Part shown: positions 1 through 9,993 of the stretch, one piece after another | Layout of the letters: the number at the start of each line of letters is the position of its first letter | Numbering within the stretch: position 1 is the stretch's first letter | Source: Planctomycetota bacterium | GTDB taxonomy: Bacteria; Planctomycetota; GCA-002687715; DRQF01 | Length of the DNA stretch: 20,755 nucleotides | Direction: 5' to 3' | Assembly (NCBI GenBank): GCA_036479435.1 | Contig: JAZGFI010000059.1 | Coordinates: 1-20,755, forward strand | The notes under the pieces: model-generated | The model's database searches: none | What the model was told of the DNA's origin: nothing | What the model saw: the letters and a program-made list of their open reading frames with translations, nothing else | Program-made: the position numbers and the translations under genes

Positions 1-160
1 TTCTTAGCTCAAACCTCGGCGTTTTCGCCGGGTTTTTCTCTTTGCTCAAACCTCGGCGTTTTCGCCGGGTCTTTCTCTTTGCTCAGACCCCGGCGTTTCG
101 CGAGGGGTTTTTTCTTGGCTCAGCAAACCCGGCGTTTCGTCCGGGTTTTTCTTAGCTCAG
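1..160. repeat. Tandem array of 37-bp imperfect hairpin repeats (4 full units plus partial units at both ends; probably continues beyond the window start)
   Basis: GCTCA recurs at 7, 44, 81, 118 and 155 (exact 37-bp period). Each unit has a GC-rich stem-loop (e.g. AAACC-T-CGGCG-TTTT-CGCCG-GGTTT) followed by a T-rich tract. There are no unique spacers. Confidence 0.9.
7..154 (+). terminator. Intrinsic terminator-like hairpins (the repeat units), possibly bidirectional
   Basis: Each hairpin is followed by a T-rich run on + and by a shorter T run on -. The array ends about 30 bp downstream of the stop codon of the minus-strand gene at 188. Confidence 0.5.
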
Positions 161-187
161 GCCACCTGCACCCTAACGCCAGGCGAG

Positions 188-2431
188 TTACTTGGGCTCT
201 GTCCGTTTCGCGTTTTCCGCTTGAACTTCAAGGGCCTTCTTCTTCCAGATCTCACCTTCCTCTGGCTTGCCAGATTCAATGAGCAGCTGGCCCTTGAAGT
301 CGTAGGCGCGGGCGGCGTCGGGTCGGATCTCAATGACGCGGTCCAGCGCAACAATCGCTTCGACTAGTTTCTTCGCTCGCGCACATTCCTGGGCGAGGGT
401 AAAGACAATGTCGGCGTTGTTGGGATTGCGTTCGCTCTCTTCGCGTAGGACATCTTGGGTGTCGTCCATGAGTTGACGCGCTTCGTCGCGTTGCTGGTTG
501 CGGATGAGCGCTTCCTCCAGCCGATGCCTCACATCGATATTCATGGGCCTGGCCGCGACAGCTTTTTGTAACCAGGGAATGGCGGCCGCGGCATCCTTCT
601 TTTTGAAGAGGTACCAGGCGCCAAGATTTGAGGCGGCACCGAACTGCTTCGGATCGGCCAAGACCGCCCGGCGCAAATGCTCGGCCCCTTCCTCGGCGCG
701 TGCTCCCCTCAGCAACAAGCTGCCGAGTTCGGCTCGGACGGAGGCGTCATCGGGTGCTAAGGCGAGGAGCGATTCAAGGCTAGTTTGCGCGCTTTCGTAG
801 CGGTTAACTTTTAGCTGCGCGTCGGCGAGGCGCCGAAGGATCGTCTCGTTCCTCGAGTCTAGCTCGTGTGCTTTCTCCATGGTGTCCGCGGCTTTTTCGG
901 GTTGCCCTGCGGCGACCTGCATCAAAAACAGCTCGTGGTATCCCGGCTTAAAGTCGGGATTGATCTCAAGAGCTCTTTTGAAGTGCTTGGCGGCGTCCGC
1001 GAATTTGTGCTCGGCTGCACTGAGGCCGCCGAGGCGACTGGCGGGACGGAGGTCCGGAAAGAGCCGAATGTCATCGGCGCGCTCGAAATAACGTCGTGCG
1101 GTATCGATGTGTTCGCGATCCACCTCGGAGATGCTTTGCCCTTTTGGTCGCGAAGCAAGTTCGTCCGTTGAGATCTGAAAAAAGGCGTAGTCGGCCCTGA
1201 ACATGTGATATTGGTACCAAGCGCTGTGGGCGAGGAACGCTCCGTAGAGCAAAGCGAAAGTGCCAAAAAGGATACCGGGTAAACGCAACTTGCCAGCATC
1301 CTTGAGCGTCCAGCTTTGAAACTCGAGATCTCGTCGGCTCAGAAGACGAAAACTGAACAAGGCGACGAAGGCGGCAAGGATTGCTAAACCGAGAGCAAAC
1401 AGAAGAGGAAGGTTGCCATATAAGCGACCCGCCCAGGGGAAAAACTCACTTGGAAACCCTCTGAGAATCAGCATCGCCACCGTGAAGACACAGACTAATG
1501 CCAGCTCTTCGGCAAACTTGAAATCCGAAATGCGTTTGGCCTTGCGTTTAGATTTCGCTCCGAGGGCCGGCGCTCCAAAACCGAACCGCAGCGCGTTCTC
1601 GGGGCAGACACTGACGCAGTCCATGCACTTCATGCACCCGGGGTCGACGACCATTCCGAAGCGTTTGACTTCGTCGGCGATGGCGACATTTGAGGTACAA
1701 ATTGCGCTGCAGTGCCCGCAGGCCTTGCAGTCGTCATTGACCCGGATGCGGCCCGTCGCGAGTTTGTCGACCACGCCGAAGAGTCCACCGTAGGGACAGG
1801 CGTAGGTGCAAAACCCCTTGGCCCCCAACAGGTAGACCATTCCAAAGCCGCAGATCAAAAAGGTGAGGATGGAAAGCCAAAGACCCGGGAAGGTCTCCCA
1901 AAAGTCGGCGCGCATCAGACCGTTTGAAAACTCTGGCAGTCCCAATCCTCGCCACATGCGGGCGAAGAGCGGCATCCCAAACAAAAAGATCCCGGCTCCA
2001 AGCGGCACCCACATCAAGGCTTTGGAGCGCAAGGGGCGGGGGCGAATTCCGATCTTTCTGAGTAGCCACGCGGCGCCGTCTTGAATGGCCACGAGGTGAC
2101 AGGCCCAGCCGCAGAAAAAGCGACCGACGACGAGAACCGAGGCCAGCGATAGCAGCATCAAGATGGCACCGGCGTTGATCGCACCGGAGGCCAAGGTGTA
2201 CATGCCTTCGCTGGGTTCGACGGGGCTCACCGTGGGGGCTTCATCGCTCAGCTTCCACCACAAGATGTGGATGAAGGCCACGACATGAATCCCGACGAGG
2301 ACCCAGGCGCGCCGGCGGCCCATTTTCGAGCCCCGAATCTGCCCGCGTGTGACGTAGGCACCGTCGTAGAACGACTCGGCGAGCGGCGTCTTGCCGCCTG
2401 GTTTCGAACAAGATGTTGGTTTGTCAGACAT
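188..2431 (-). CDS. Membrane 4Fe-4S-binding protein (NapH/MauN/RdxA-like ferredoxin-type) with a C-terminal TPR domain
   Basis: 747 aa with multiple TM helices. Motifs GRFFCGWACH and GFCTYACPYG (CxxxCP-type), plus two ferredoxin motifs CKACGHCSAICTS and CMKCMDCVSVCP. The C-terminal ~300 aa are TPR-like (e.g. AAKHFKRALEINPDF, ALDRVIEIRPDAARAY). GGAGA RBS upstream of ATG 2431. Confidence 0.85.
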   Translation of the reverse strand: MSDKPTSCSKPGGKTPLAESFYDGAYVTRGQIRGSKMGRRRAWVLVGIHVVAFIHILWWKLSDEAPTVSPVEPSEGMYTLASGAINAGAILMLLSLASVLVVGRFFCGWACHLVAIQDGAAWLLRKIGIRPRPLRSKALMWVPLGAGIFLFGMPLFARMWRGLGLPEFSNGLMRADFWETFPGLWLSILTFLICGFGMVYLLGAKGFCTYACPYGGLFGVVDKLATGRIRVNDDCKACGHCSAICTSNVAIADEVKRFGMVVDPGCMKCMDCVSVCPENALRFGFGAPALGAKSKRKAKRISDFKFAEELALVCVFTVAMLILRGFPSEFFPWAGRLYGNLPLLFALGLAILAAFVALFSFRLLSRRDLEFQSWTLKDAGKLRLPGILFGTFALLYGAFLAHSAWYQYHMFRADYAFFQISTDELASRPKGQSISEVDREHIDTARRYFERADDIRLFPDLRPASRLGGLSAAEHKFADAAKHFKRALEINPDFKPGYHELFLMQVAAGQPEKAADTMEKAHELDSRNETILRRLADAQLKVNRYESAQTSLESLLALAPDDASVRAELGSLLLRGARAEEGAEHLRRAVLADPKQFGAASNLGAWYLFKKKDAAAAIPWLQKAVAARPMNIDVRHRLEEALIRNQQRDEARQLMDDTQDVLREESERNPNNADIVFTLAQECARAKKLVEAIVALDRVIEIRPDAARAYDFKGQLLIESGKPEEGEIWKKKALEVQAENAKRTEPK

Positions 2432-2624
2432 TTCGGTTCTCCGCTGCGGTCGGCCCCAATCCTAAGCTTTCGCTTCTTTCGATTCTCCGCGGCAGCTTGT
2501 CTCGATTTTTGGGAGTAAATCGTTCTGATTCCCTGCCATCGAGTCGCTTTGACTCTCTGCTATGACTTCGAGGAGGATAGCTGAAATGGCGCTCAGGACC
2601 CGCTCGTTTCGGCGTCCCCGAGCT

Positions 2625-2633
2625 TGATAGGAT
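2625..2633 (+). promoter_or_regulatory. Possible extended -10 promoter element for tkt
   Basis: TGaTAGGAT fits TGnTAnnnT and lies about 40 bp upstream of the tkt ATG in the divergent intergenic region. Pattern match only. Confidence 0.3.
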
Positions 2634-2671
2634 GGCTGACATCCACTCTCATTCTCCGGAGTTTCCGCTCG

Positions 2672-4684
2672 ATGGCCGCGTCCGACTCTCCCGCCAAACT
2701 TGCGATCGATACCATCCGAACCTTGTCCATGGACGCGGTTCAAGCCGCCAATTCGGGGCACCCCGGAACGCCCATGGCTCTGGCCCCAGTGATGTACCGG
2801 ATCTGGGATCATTTTCTGCAGCACCATCCGGCCGACCCGGATTTTCCCAACCGAGATCGCTTTGTGTTGTCGGTGGGGCACGCTTCGATGTTGCTCTACT
2901 CGACATTGCACTTGACCGGCTATGACCTGTCGCTCGATGACATCAAGAGTTTTCGCCAACTCCACAGTCCCTGTGCGGGGCACCCCGAGTTCGGCGAATG
3001 CCCCGGGGTCGAGACGACGACGGGGCCTTTGGGGCAGGGTTGCGGCAACACCGTCGGCATGGCCATTGCCCAAAAACACCTCGCCGCGCGTTACAACCGG
3101 CCGGGTCATGACGTCGTCACTTGGCGCACGATCGCCCTTTGTGGTGACGGCGACTTGATGGAAGGCGTTACCAGCGAAGCCGCTTCGCTCGCCGGACACC
3201 TAGGTCTCGACAATCTGGTTTGGGTCTACGACGACAACAGCATTACGATCGAAGGCTCGACCGATCTCGCCTTCGGCGAAAACGTCCAAGGGCGTTTTGA
3301 GGCCTACGGCTGGCAAGTCCTTAACGTTGCGGATGCGAACGATCTTGACGCTTTGGACGAAGCCCTCGAGAGCGCTGAGGCGGTCATGGGCGCTCCGGTC
3401 TTGATCATTGTCAAGAGCCATATCGGCTACGGCGCTCCCAATAAGCAAGACACTTCGGATGCCCACGGCGCGCCCTTGGGTGTCGAAGAAATCGCGGCGG
3501 CCAAGAAGTTCTACGGCTGGGACCCCGACAAGACTTTTTATGTGCCCACAGAAGTCAAGGATTCCATGACGAACCGTGCGATGGCGCGTGGCAAAGAACT
3601 CGTCATGGAGTGGGAAGGCAAGATGCAGGCCTACCGCACCGCCCACCCCGAGCTCGCAGCAGAATTCGAGGCCTTTTTGGCCGGAGACTTACCAGAAGGT
3701 TGGGATAGCGAGCTTCCGACCTTCGCCGCCGACGCCAAGGGAATGGCGGGGCGCGGGGCCTTCGGCCAGGCTCTCAATGCCAGCGCTGGCAAGGTCCCCT
3801 GGTTAATGGGGGGCTCGGCAGACCTCGCTTCTTCCAACAAGACCAACATCAAAGGCGAAAAGAGCTTCTTGAAGGGACAGTACGACGGTCGCAACATGCA
3901 CTTCGGCGTGCGTGAGCACGCCATGGGTTCCATCGCGAACGGTATGGCGCTCGCTGGCCTACGCGCCTACACCGGAACCTTCTTCGTGTTTAGCGACTAC
4001 ATGCGCCCGGCACATCGTCTTTCGGGCTTGATGGAGCTTCCGGTTATCTACGTCTATACGCACGACAGTATCGGCGTCGGCGAAGACGGGCCTACCCACC
4101 AGCCCATCGAACATTTGCCGAGCCTGCGCGCGATCCCCAACCTTGATGTTATTCGCCCCGGCGATGCCAATGAGGTGGTGGAGGCTTGGCGTTGCGCCTT
4201 AGAAGTCGACGATCATCCCGTTGCTCTGCTCTTGAGCCGGCAAGCCCATCCGACTCTCGACCGCGACGTCTACGGTGCGAGTGCGGGCTTGCAACACGGT
4301 GCGTATGTTCTTGCAGATAACGCCGAGGGCGAACCCGATGTCATCTTGATCGGAAGCGGGAGCGAGCTTGGCTGTGTTGTTGAGGCCTACGAACGGCTCG
4401 ACAAAGAGGGCGTCAAAGTACGCGCGGTGAGCATGCCCTGTTGGGAGATCTTCGAACGCCAAGATGCCGCTTATCGCGAAGGTGTCTTGCCTCCTAAGGT
4501 TCGGGCACGGGTGGCGATCGAAGCGGCGTCGCCCTTTGGCTGGGAGCGCTACGTTGGTTTGGACGGGTGCGTCATCGGCCGCGAGGGCTTTGGTGCTTCC
4601 GCGCCGGGCGCGGTTTTGTTCGAGCACTTCAAAATCAATGCCGACGCCGTGGTGGAGGCCGCACATGAATTGCTTGCAGATTAG
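2672..4684 (+). CDS. tkt: Transketolase
   Basis: Motifs [46 protein letters not shown], the TPP-binding GDGDLMEG...[11 protein letters not shown] and [16 protein letters not shown]. Start moved to ATG 2672 (GGAG at 2658-2661). Confidence 0.97.
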   Translation: MAASDSPAKLAIDTIRTLSMDAVQAANSGHPGTPMALAPVMYRIWDHFLQHHPADPDFPNRDRFVLSVGHASMLLYSTLHLTGYDLSLDDIKSFRQLHSPCAGHPEFGECPGVETTTGPLGQGCGNTVGMAIAQKHLAARYNRPGHDVVTWRTIALCGDGDLMEGVTSEAASLAGHLGLDNLVWVYDDNSITIEGSTDLAFGENVQGRFEAYGWQVLNVADANDLDALDEALESAEAVMGAPVLIIVKSHIGYGAPNKQDTSDAHGAPLGVEEIAAAKKFYGWDPDKTFYVPTEVKDSMTNRAMARGKELVMEWEGKMQAYRTAHPELAAEFEAFLAGDLPEGWDSELPTFAADAKGMAGRGAFGQALNASAGKVPWLMGGSADLASSNKTNIKGEKSFLKGQYDGRNMHFGVREHAMGSIANGMALAGLRAYTGTFFVFSDYMRPAHRLSGLMELPVIYVYTHDSIGVGEDGPTHQPIEHLPSLRAIPNLDVIRPGDANEVVEAWRCALEVDDHPVALLLSRQAHPTLDRDVYGASAGLQHGAYVLADNAEGEPDVILIGSGSELGCVVEAYERLDKEGVKVRAVSMPCWEIFERQDAAYREGVLPPKVRARVAIEAASPFGWERYVGLDGCVIGREGFGASAPGAVLFEHFKINADAVVEAAHELLAD

Positions 4685-4696
4685 GCTCAGAACCTC

Positions 4697-6523
4697 GTGA
4701 GCAAAAAAAAGGACAAAAAAGACGACGCTGGTTCTCTGGGGAGTTTCAAGGACTTGCTCGGCCAGTTTGGCGGCGGCGGTGACGAACCCGACGCCGATGA
4801 GGCGAGTGGCGACGAACAAATCGAGTTCCGCCGCGACGGCGAAACCGAACAGAAAGTCGAAGTCGAGTTCGGCGAAGGCATCGATCCGCTTCTCGAGGGC
4901 TACTCCGGTGGTTCCCGTGAAATCATCGCGAATCGACCGATGGCCTTCGGCCCGATGCCTGATGGCTCCCCTCCCTACCGGGAGTCTGATAGCGAAGAGA
5001 TGAACCTCCTCGCGTCTTTCCGCGTGCGAACAATCTTCCCCGCCGACGTGATGGAGGAAGTGTCCAAACTCGGTCAAGATCCGCCGAAGTCGGATTACGA
5101 AGACGTCGAGTCGCGCGAGGACTTACGAAAAGAGCGCATCTTCACCATCGACGGCGCCGACGCACGCGACTTCGACGACGCTATTGGCATCCGCAAGATC
5201 GAAGACGGCTACGAGGTTAGCGTTCACATCGCTGATGTCGGCCACTACGTTCGCCCCGGCACCGCGGTCGAAGCCGAGGCCTTGGCGCGCGGCACATCGG
5301 TCTATCTGGCCGATCAAGTCGTGCCGATGCTGCCGGAAGAGCTTTCGAACCATCTCTGCTCTTTGGTCCCTGATCGCGACCGTTTGGCTTTTTCGGTGTT
5401 CATGCAATTCGATCTGCAGGGGAAGCGCAAGGGTTTCTACGTCACGAAAAGCGTCATCCGCAGCATGCGGCGTTGCACCTATCAAGCGGTTCAGGAACTA
5501 CTCGACGGCGTCGACAACGCCGCGACCCAAAAGATTGCCGATCTGAAGCCCGACCTGGAAATGTTCACGGAATGGACCAAAAAACAGCAGCTCCTTCGCG
5601 ATCGCAAGGGCTCGCTGCGGATGCAGAGCAGCGAGCGTAAATTTCGATTCGACAAAGAGGGCAAAGTCACCGAGATCTACGCGGCGACGAACTACTTCAC
5701 GCAGACTTTGATCGAAGAGACGGCCTTGGCGGCTAACCAGGCGGTGGGCGATTTTTTCAAAAACCACGGCTTGCCGACGATCTACCGCATCCATCCGGAA
5801 AAAGACGAAGACGAGATCAAGCAAGTCACCAAGATGCTTGAACAGCACGGCTGCCGCGTCCCCAAAAAGGATCGCCTCACCGGTCGTGACATTGGCGCGA
5901 TGATTCGCTGGGCGCGTCGTCAGTCGAATGCTGAAGCGATGATCGCTCGCATCATGGGGCTGATGGAACGAGCTGTTTACGAGGTGCGCGATCACGACGA
6001 TCGGGCCGAGCACTTTGGTCTCGCGCGCGAGCATTACTTGCACTTCACATCGCCAATCCGCCGCTATCCCGATCTCATCGTGCACCGGATGCTGTGGGAC
6101 TTTCTCGACCGCGGGGATGCCGCCAAGGGTGATCTGCGAGACTACGAGCTGTTGCGTGACCTCACCGACGTGGCGGCGCACGCGAGCGGCCAGGCCGACA
6201 TGTCTTCGATGGCCGAAACCGCCGTCGGCGACCTCAAAGTCTGCCAGTACATGGAACCCAAAGTGGGCGAGATCCACCGCGCGAAGGTTGAGCGCGTTTC
6301 CCGCTACGGCATGGAAGTCAGGCTTGATAGCGAAATGGTCACCGGGTTTTTGCCGTCGCGAACCTTGGGGATGCGCGTGAAGCTCGAAGGCCCGGTCCTC
6401 AAGATCCAAAGCCGCCAAGGCACGCGCGTCTTCCGCGAGGGCGACACGGTCGAAGTCCTCGTCAAAGAGGTGGACTTCATCAAGCTGAACGTTTTCTTCG
6501 AGCTTCAGATCACCAAGCGCTAG
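4697..6523 (+). CDS. rnr: RNB-family 3'-5' exoribonuclease (RNase R/VacB-like) with a C-terminal S1 domain; N-terminal HTH/cold-shock domains absent
   Basis: Catalytic motif TIDGADARDFDDA, plus VHIADV, RGTSVYL...VVPMLPEELS and HFTSPIRRYPDLIVHR, and an S1-like C-terminus. GTG start 12 bp after the tkt stop. Confidence 0.9.
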   Translation: MSKKKDKKDDAGSLGSFKDLLGQFGGGGDEPDADEASGDEQIEFRRDGETEQKVEVEFGEGIDPLLEGYSGGSREIIANRPMAFGPMPDGSPPYRESDSEEMNLLASFRVRTIFPADVMEEVSKLGQDPPKSDYEDVESREDLRKERIFTIDGADARDFDDAIGIRKIEDGYEVSVHIADVGHYVRPGTAVEAEALARGTSVYLADQVVPMLPEELSNHLCSLVPDRDRLAFSVFMQFDLQGKRKGFYVTKSVIRSMRRCTYQAVQELLDGVDNAATQKIADLKPDLEMFTEWTKKQQLLRDRKGSLRMQSSERKFRFDKEGKVTEIYAATNYFTQTLIEETALAANQAVGDFFKNHGLPTIYRIHPEKDEDEIKQVTKMLEQHGCRVPKKDRLTGRDIGAMIRWARRQSNAEAMIARIMGLMERAVYEVRDHDDRAEHFGLAREHYLHFTSPIRRYPDLIVHRMLWDFLDRGDAAKGDLRDYELLRDLTDVAAHASGQADMSSMAETAVGDLKVCQYMEPKVGEIHRAKVERVSRYGMEVRLDSEMVTGFLPSRTLGMRVKLEGPVLKIQSRQGTRVFREGDTVEVLVKEVDFIKLNVFFELQITKR

Positions 6524-6526
6524 CCC

Positions 6527-8785
6527 TCACTCGCTTTTTGGGTTGAGCTCGCGTTCGAAGAAACGCGTCATCTTGCGGTAAAAGTGTTCGCGGTTTTTGC
6601 CGCGCAAGCCGTGCAGCTGGCCCGGGTAGACGAAGTAGTCGACGTCGACTCCGGCTTTGATGCACTTACCCAAAAAGTTGATGGTGTGTTGCCAGACCAC
6701 GGTGGCGTCACTGGAACCTTGCACGACCAGCAGCCGTCCTTCAATTCCTTTGACGTGATTGCCCGGGTCGGACAGCTTGTAGCCCTCGACGTTCTCGCGG
6801 GGCTGATCCATGTAGCGCTCGCCGTAGCCGGTCTCGTAGTAACTCCAGTCCGTAACCGGAGCACCGGCAACACCTGCGGCAAAGTGCTTACCCGCGCGGG
6901 ACATCAACGACAGAGTCATGAATCCGCCGTAGCTCCAACCCGTGACGCCCACGCGGCTAGCATCTGCGGGTGTGGTTTTCAGAATGTGAGCGAGGCCCGC
7001 AACTTGGTCTTTGATCTCGGCCTTTCCAAGTTGGCGATGGATGCACTGCTGCCATTCGATCCCTCGGTTGAGGGTGCCCCGACCATCGACACGAAAACAA
7101 ATGAAGCCCTTCGTCGCCATGTAGTGGAGCCAAAGGTTGGTGCCGCCAAGCCCGCCCATCCATTCGTCACGGACAAACTGCGAGTGGGGCCCGCTGTAGA
7201 CGTACAGTAAGACGGGGTGCTTTTCGTTCGGATCAAGACGAGGCGGGAGGATTTGGTGGCCATAGAGCTTTTGGCCGTCTTCGGTCTTGGTGACGAAGAA
7301 ACTCTCGGTCCCAACGTCATAGTCGGCGAGAGGGTTCTTGGCGGTGTGAAGCCGACGATGGACATGGGATTTGCCGTCGAGCAGATCGATGGCCAAGGGG
7401 AGTTCGAGGTTGGAGTGGCGATCCAAAACCCACCGGCCATTAGATGAAACCTGAGCGTTGTGCTGACCGCGGCCACCGGTCAAAGACACCGCCGCCATGG
7501 TGTTGAGCTTCATTTCAAGGTCGCGAACTCCGGCTTGCTTGATCTCGTACTTGGGCGCCACGATTTTTTGGTGGAAGAGGTGTTTTTGGCGTGGGTCGTC
7601 GCCGCAGGCTTCGAAGTAAAAGCCCAGGCCGGTCGCATCAAATCCCTTGAACGCCGCGACGTCGTAATCGCCAGTCGTGACTTGCTGCAAAAGCTGGCCG
7701 TCGCTGGCATAGAGATAAAGCTTGTTGAAGCCATCGCGCGGCGAGAACCACAAAAACTGATTGTCCTGCGTCGGCAGAAAAATCGGGCCGTGTTCGGGCT
7801 CCGTCCATTGCTCATCGCGTTCGCTGAATAAGTCCAGGTCGTGTTTGCCGGTCACCGCGTTGTAGCTTTTAAGCGTCATGCGGTCTTGGCCGCGTGCGAC
7901 ATGGGCTACATAAAGGCGGTCGCCCTGCGGCCCCCAAGCTACGTTCGTCAGGTAGTCGTCAGAATCGTCGGGGACGTCGAGCCAGAGCAGGGAATCATCG
8001 CGACTGTCGTAGATGCCAATAGAGACTAATCCGTTAGGTGTGCCTGCCATCGGGTAGTGGCCGGGGCTCAGTCGCGCCGGGGTCTTAGTCCAATCGACGA
8101 TGGGGTAGGGATCGACGACGCGCAAGTCTTCGCGATAAAACGCGAGGCGACGTCCGGTCGGGTCCCACCACAAACCGTCGGTAATGCCAAACTCGACGCG
8201 GTGAACGGCGACCCCATGCGTGAGGTGTTTGAAACCCGAGCTCGTGATGCGGTGCTCGGTGCCGCTGCGCTTTTTGACATAGACATCGTGATCCAAAACG
8301 TAGGCGATTTGCCCGCCGTCTTTCGTCGTCGTGGTGGCTTCTGCCTTGGCCGGATACTCAAGCTTGGTTTTGAAACCCAAAGGCGAAAGGCCGACGTCGA
8401 TCCTCTTGCCGCGCCAGTCGAGCCTCATGACCATGCTCTGCTCAAGCCAGGATGCCCCGGCCAGCGAGCCCAGCGCCAGCCCCTTCAACCCCGCCGCGGT
8501 CGCCGCCAAACCAAAGGCCTTGCCCTCGACCAGCACTGTCTTTTTGCCGTCCTTCGTCGACTCCAAAACAAACCGAGTCGTCTTATCTTTGCGTTCAAGA
8601 TAGCTGAAGTGCTCGCCGTCGCCGTGCCACTTAAGCCCCCGCATCGCCCGCGGAAAAAAACCAAAGGGAGCGAGAGTCGAGGACTCAAAGGACAGCTTCT
8701 TCTTCGCCGTCTCCTGAGCCCCCGCAGGCTGCAAGGCCAAACCAAAGGCGAGAACCAATAACCAAAGGCAAGCACGCGAATTCAT
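6527..8785 (-). CDS. Secreted S9B family peptidase (dipeptidyl peptidase IV-like)
   Basis: Signal peptide (CLWLLVLAFGLALQPAGA-Q) and a DPPIV-type beta-propeller (VEFGITDGLWWDP, YPMAGTPN). Catalytic triad context GWSYGG, DATV and YPGQLHG. ATG 8785 has a GGAG RBS; GTG 8794 is an alternative start. Confidence 0.92.
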   Translation of the reverse strand: MNSRACLWLLVLAFGLALQPAGAQETAKKKLSFESSTLAPFGFFPRAMRGLKWHGDGEHFSYLERKDKTTRFVLESTKDGKKTVLVEGKAFGLAATAAGLKGLALGSLAGASWLEQSMVMRLDWRGKRIDVGLSPLGFKTKLEYPAKAEATTTTKDGGQIAYVLDHDVYVKKRSGTEHRITSSGFKHLTHGVAVHRVEFGITDGLWWDPTGRRLAFYREDLRVVDPYPIVDWTKTPARLSPGHYPMAGTPNGLVSIGIYDSRDDSLLWLDVPDDSDDYLTNVAWGPQGDRLYVAHVARGQDRMTLKSYNAVTGKHDLDLFSERDEQWTEPEHGPIFLPTQDNQFLWFSPRDGFNKLYLYASDGQLLQQVTTGDYDVAAFKGFDATGLGFYFEACGDDPRQKHLFHQKIVAPKYEIKQAGVRDLEMKLNTMAAVSLTGGRGQHNAQVSSNGRWVLDRHSNLELPLAIDLLDGKSHVHRRLHTAKNPLADYDVGTESFFVTKTEDGQKLYGHQILPPRLDPNEKHPVLLYVYSGPHSQFVRDEWMGGLGGTNLWLHYMATKGFICFRVDGRGTLNRGIEWQQCIHRQLGKAEIKDQVAGLAHILKTTPADASRVGVTGWSYGGFMTLSLMSRAGKHFAAGVAGAPVTDWSYYETGYGERYMDQPRENVEGYKLSDPGNHVKGIEGRLLVVQGSSDATVVWQHTINFLGKCIKAGVDVDYFVYPGQLHGLRGKNREHFYRKMTRFFERELNPKSE

Positions 8786-8925
8786 CAAGGGCACTCCAGA
8801 CTAGGGTCGTCGATGATTCTATCGTCTTTGCGAGAAAAGTCCTCGATTCGTCGTTGGCTCGAAGAGGGGGTGCCCCGAGGGTCGGCCTCAATGTGCCCCC
8901 AAGAACCGCTGGGATGCTTGGACTG

Positions 8926-9735
8926 CTACTTGTCGTAGGGGTTGATGCGCCAGAGTTTCGTCGTGATGCCCAAGAGCGCTCGGGTGGCGTAGACGCAGAC
9001 TACGAGGGCGTAGATCGCGTAGTAGATCTCGACGTGGTTGATGACGCAGACCAGCAAGATGTAGCTGGGGTAGTCGACGACAAAGCGGCCCGCTTTCTCG
9101 GCCAGGCTCACGAGTTGGGCGATGAGGCTTTTCTTGCTCCCACCTTCGCCCGCGGGGAAGGTTCCCTTCCAGCTGTCGAGCTTTAGGAACTGGGTACAAG
9201 AGATCCCAATCGCCAAGCCGGTGATGCCGGCGAGAGCGCCCAAGATGATGGAGTGCGGGCCAAACCGCTCGACCATGGGCTCGATGAAACCGACGCCATC
9301 TCCGGCCAAGGACTGCTGGTAGAGGCGGATCGCGATCGACAAAAAGACAAAGTAGGCCTTGAGTTCATCGACGAAGAAATCGAAGTGCATGCCGACGGTC
9401 GAGCCAGCCTTGCGGTGGCGGGCGAGTTGCCCATCCAAGGCGTCCAACATGTGGGCGATCATGAACAGCACCGCTCCGAGGACCAGGCCCCAATAGCTGA
9501 GCCACGCCGCTTGGACGCAGAATCCACCGATGCCCACGATCAATGACAGGATCGTGACCTGGTTTGGCGTGATGCGACCGTCTTTGATGAAATAAAGGAC
9601 GAAGGACGCCACCGGCCGCGAGAAGATGCGGAAGGCAAGACCCTCTTTGGCCCCGAGCGTCGTTTGCCGGTGAAGCTCTTTGATTTCGTCCCAGGCCGCA
9701 CTCATTGTCGGATATCTCGCAAGATTCACAGTCAA
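8926..9735 (-). CDS. CDP-alcohol phosphatidyltransferase family protein
   Basis: ITPNQVT motif and family signature DALDGQLAR-x7-G-x3-D-x3-D (LDALDGQLARHRKAGSTVGMHFDFFVD), with hydrophobic helices. Start uncertain (GTG 9735 or ATG 9705). Confidence 0.88.
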   Translation of the reverse strand: MTVNLARYPTMSAAWDEIKELHRQTTLGAKEGLAFRIFSRPVASFVLYFIKDGRITPNQVTILSLIVGIGGFCVQAAWLSYWGLVLGAVLFMIAHMLDALDGQLARHRKAGSTVGMHFDFFVDELKAYFVFLSIAIRLYQQSLAGDGVGFIEPMVERFGPHSIILGALAGITGLAIGISCTQFLKLDSWKGTFPAGEGGSKKSLIAQLVSLAEKAGRFVVDYPSYILLVCVINHVEIYYAIYALVVCVYATRALLGITTKLWRINPYDK

Positions 9736-9993
9736 CCACAGTCGGCTGCCCTTGTAACAAGGCGCGTGATTGATCGAAAACGATCGATCCTGGCCGATCT
9801 GGGCGCTGCGACGAAAAACCGCAGAGTAAAACTCACAGTAGCGTCGGGGTCATCCCTAATGAACTTTGTCTAGTGACATTTGGGAGTTAGAAACAGTTAC
9901 AGTACACCTTCGCGCCTAAGTCACGGATTCGAAACCAAAGCCGTGATCATCGCTTATCCGCCAACATACAAACTTCCCCAACAGGAGAATTCC

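Noticed and set aside
1..160. CRISPR array or hammerhead ribozyme interpretation of the 37-bp repeats
   Set aside because: The units abut with no unique spacers and there are no cas genes in the window. The minus strand has GAAA, but CTGAGC rather than the hammerhead CTGANGA core.
4681..4697. TTAGGCTCAGAACCTCG, resembling the start of the 37-bp repeat unit
   Set aside because: A short gapped match with no hairpin, overlapping the tkt stop and rnr start; probably chance.
2462..6418. Long antisense ORFs (2462-3199, 4199-5077, 5498-6418) and similar ones opposite the peptidase gene
   Set aside because: These are shadow ORFs expected from GC-rich codon bias opposite well-supported genes, with no recognisable motifs.
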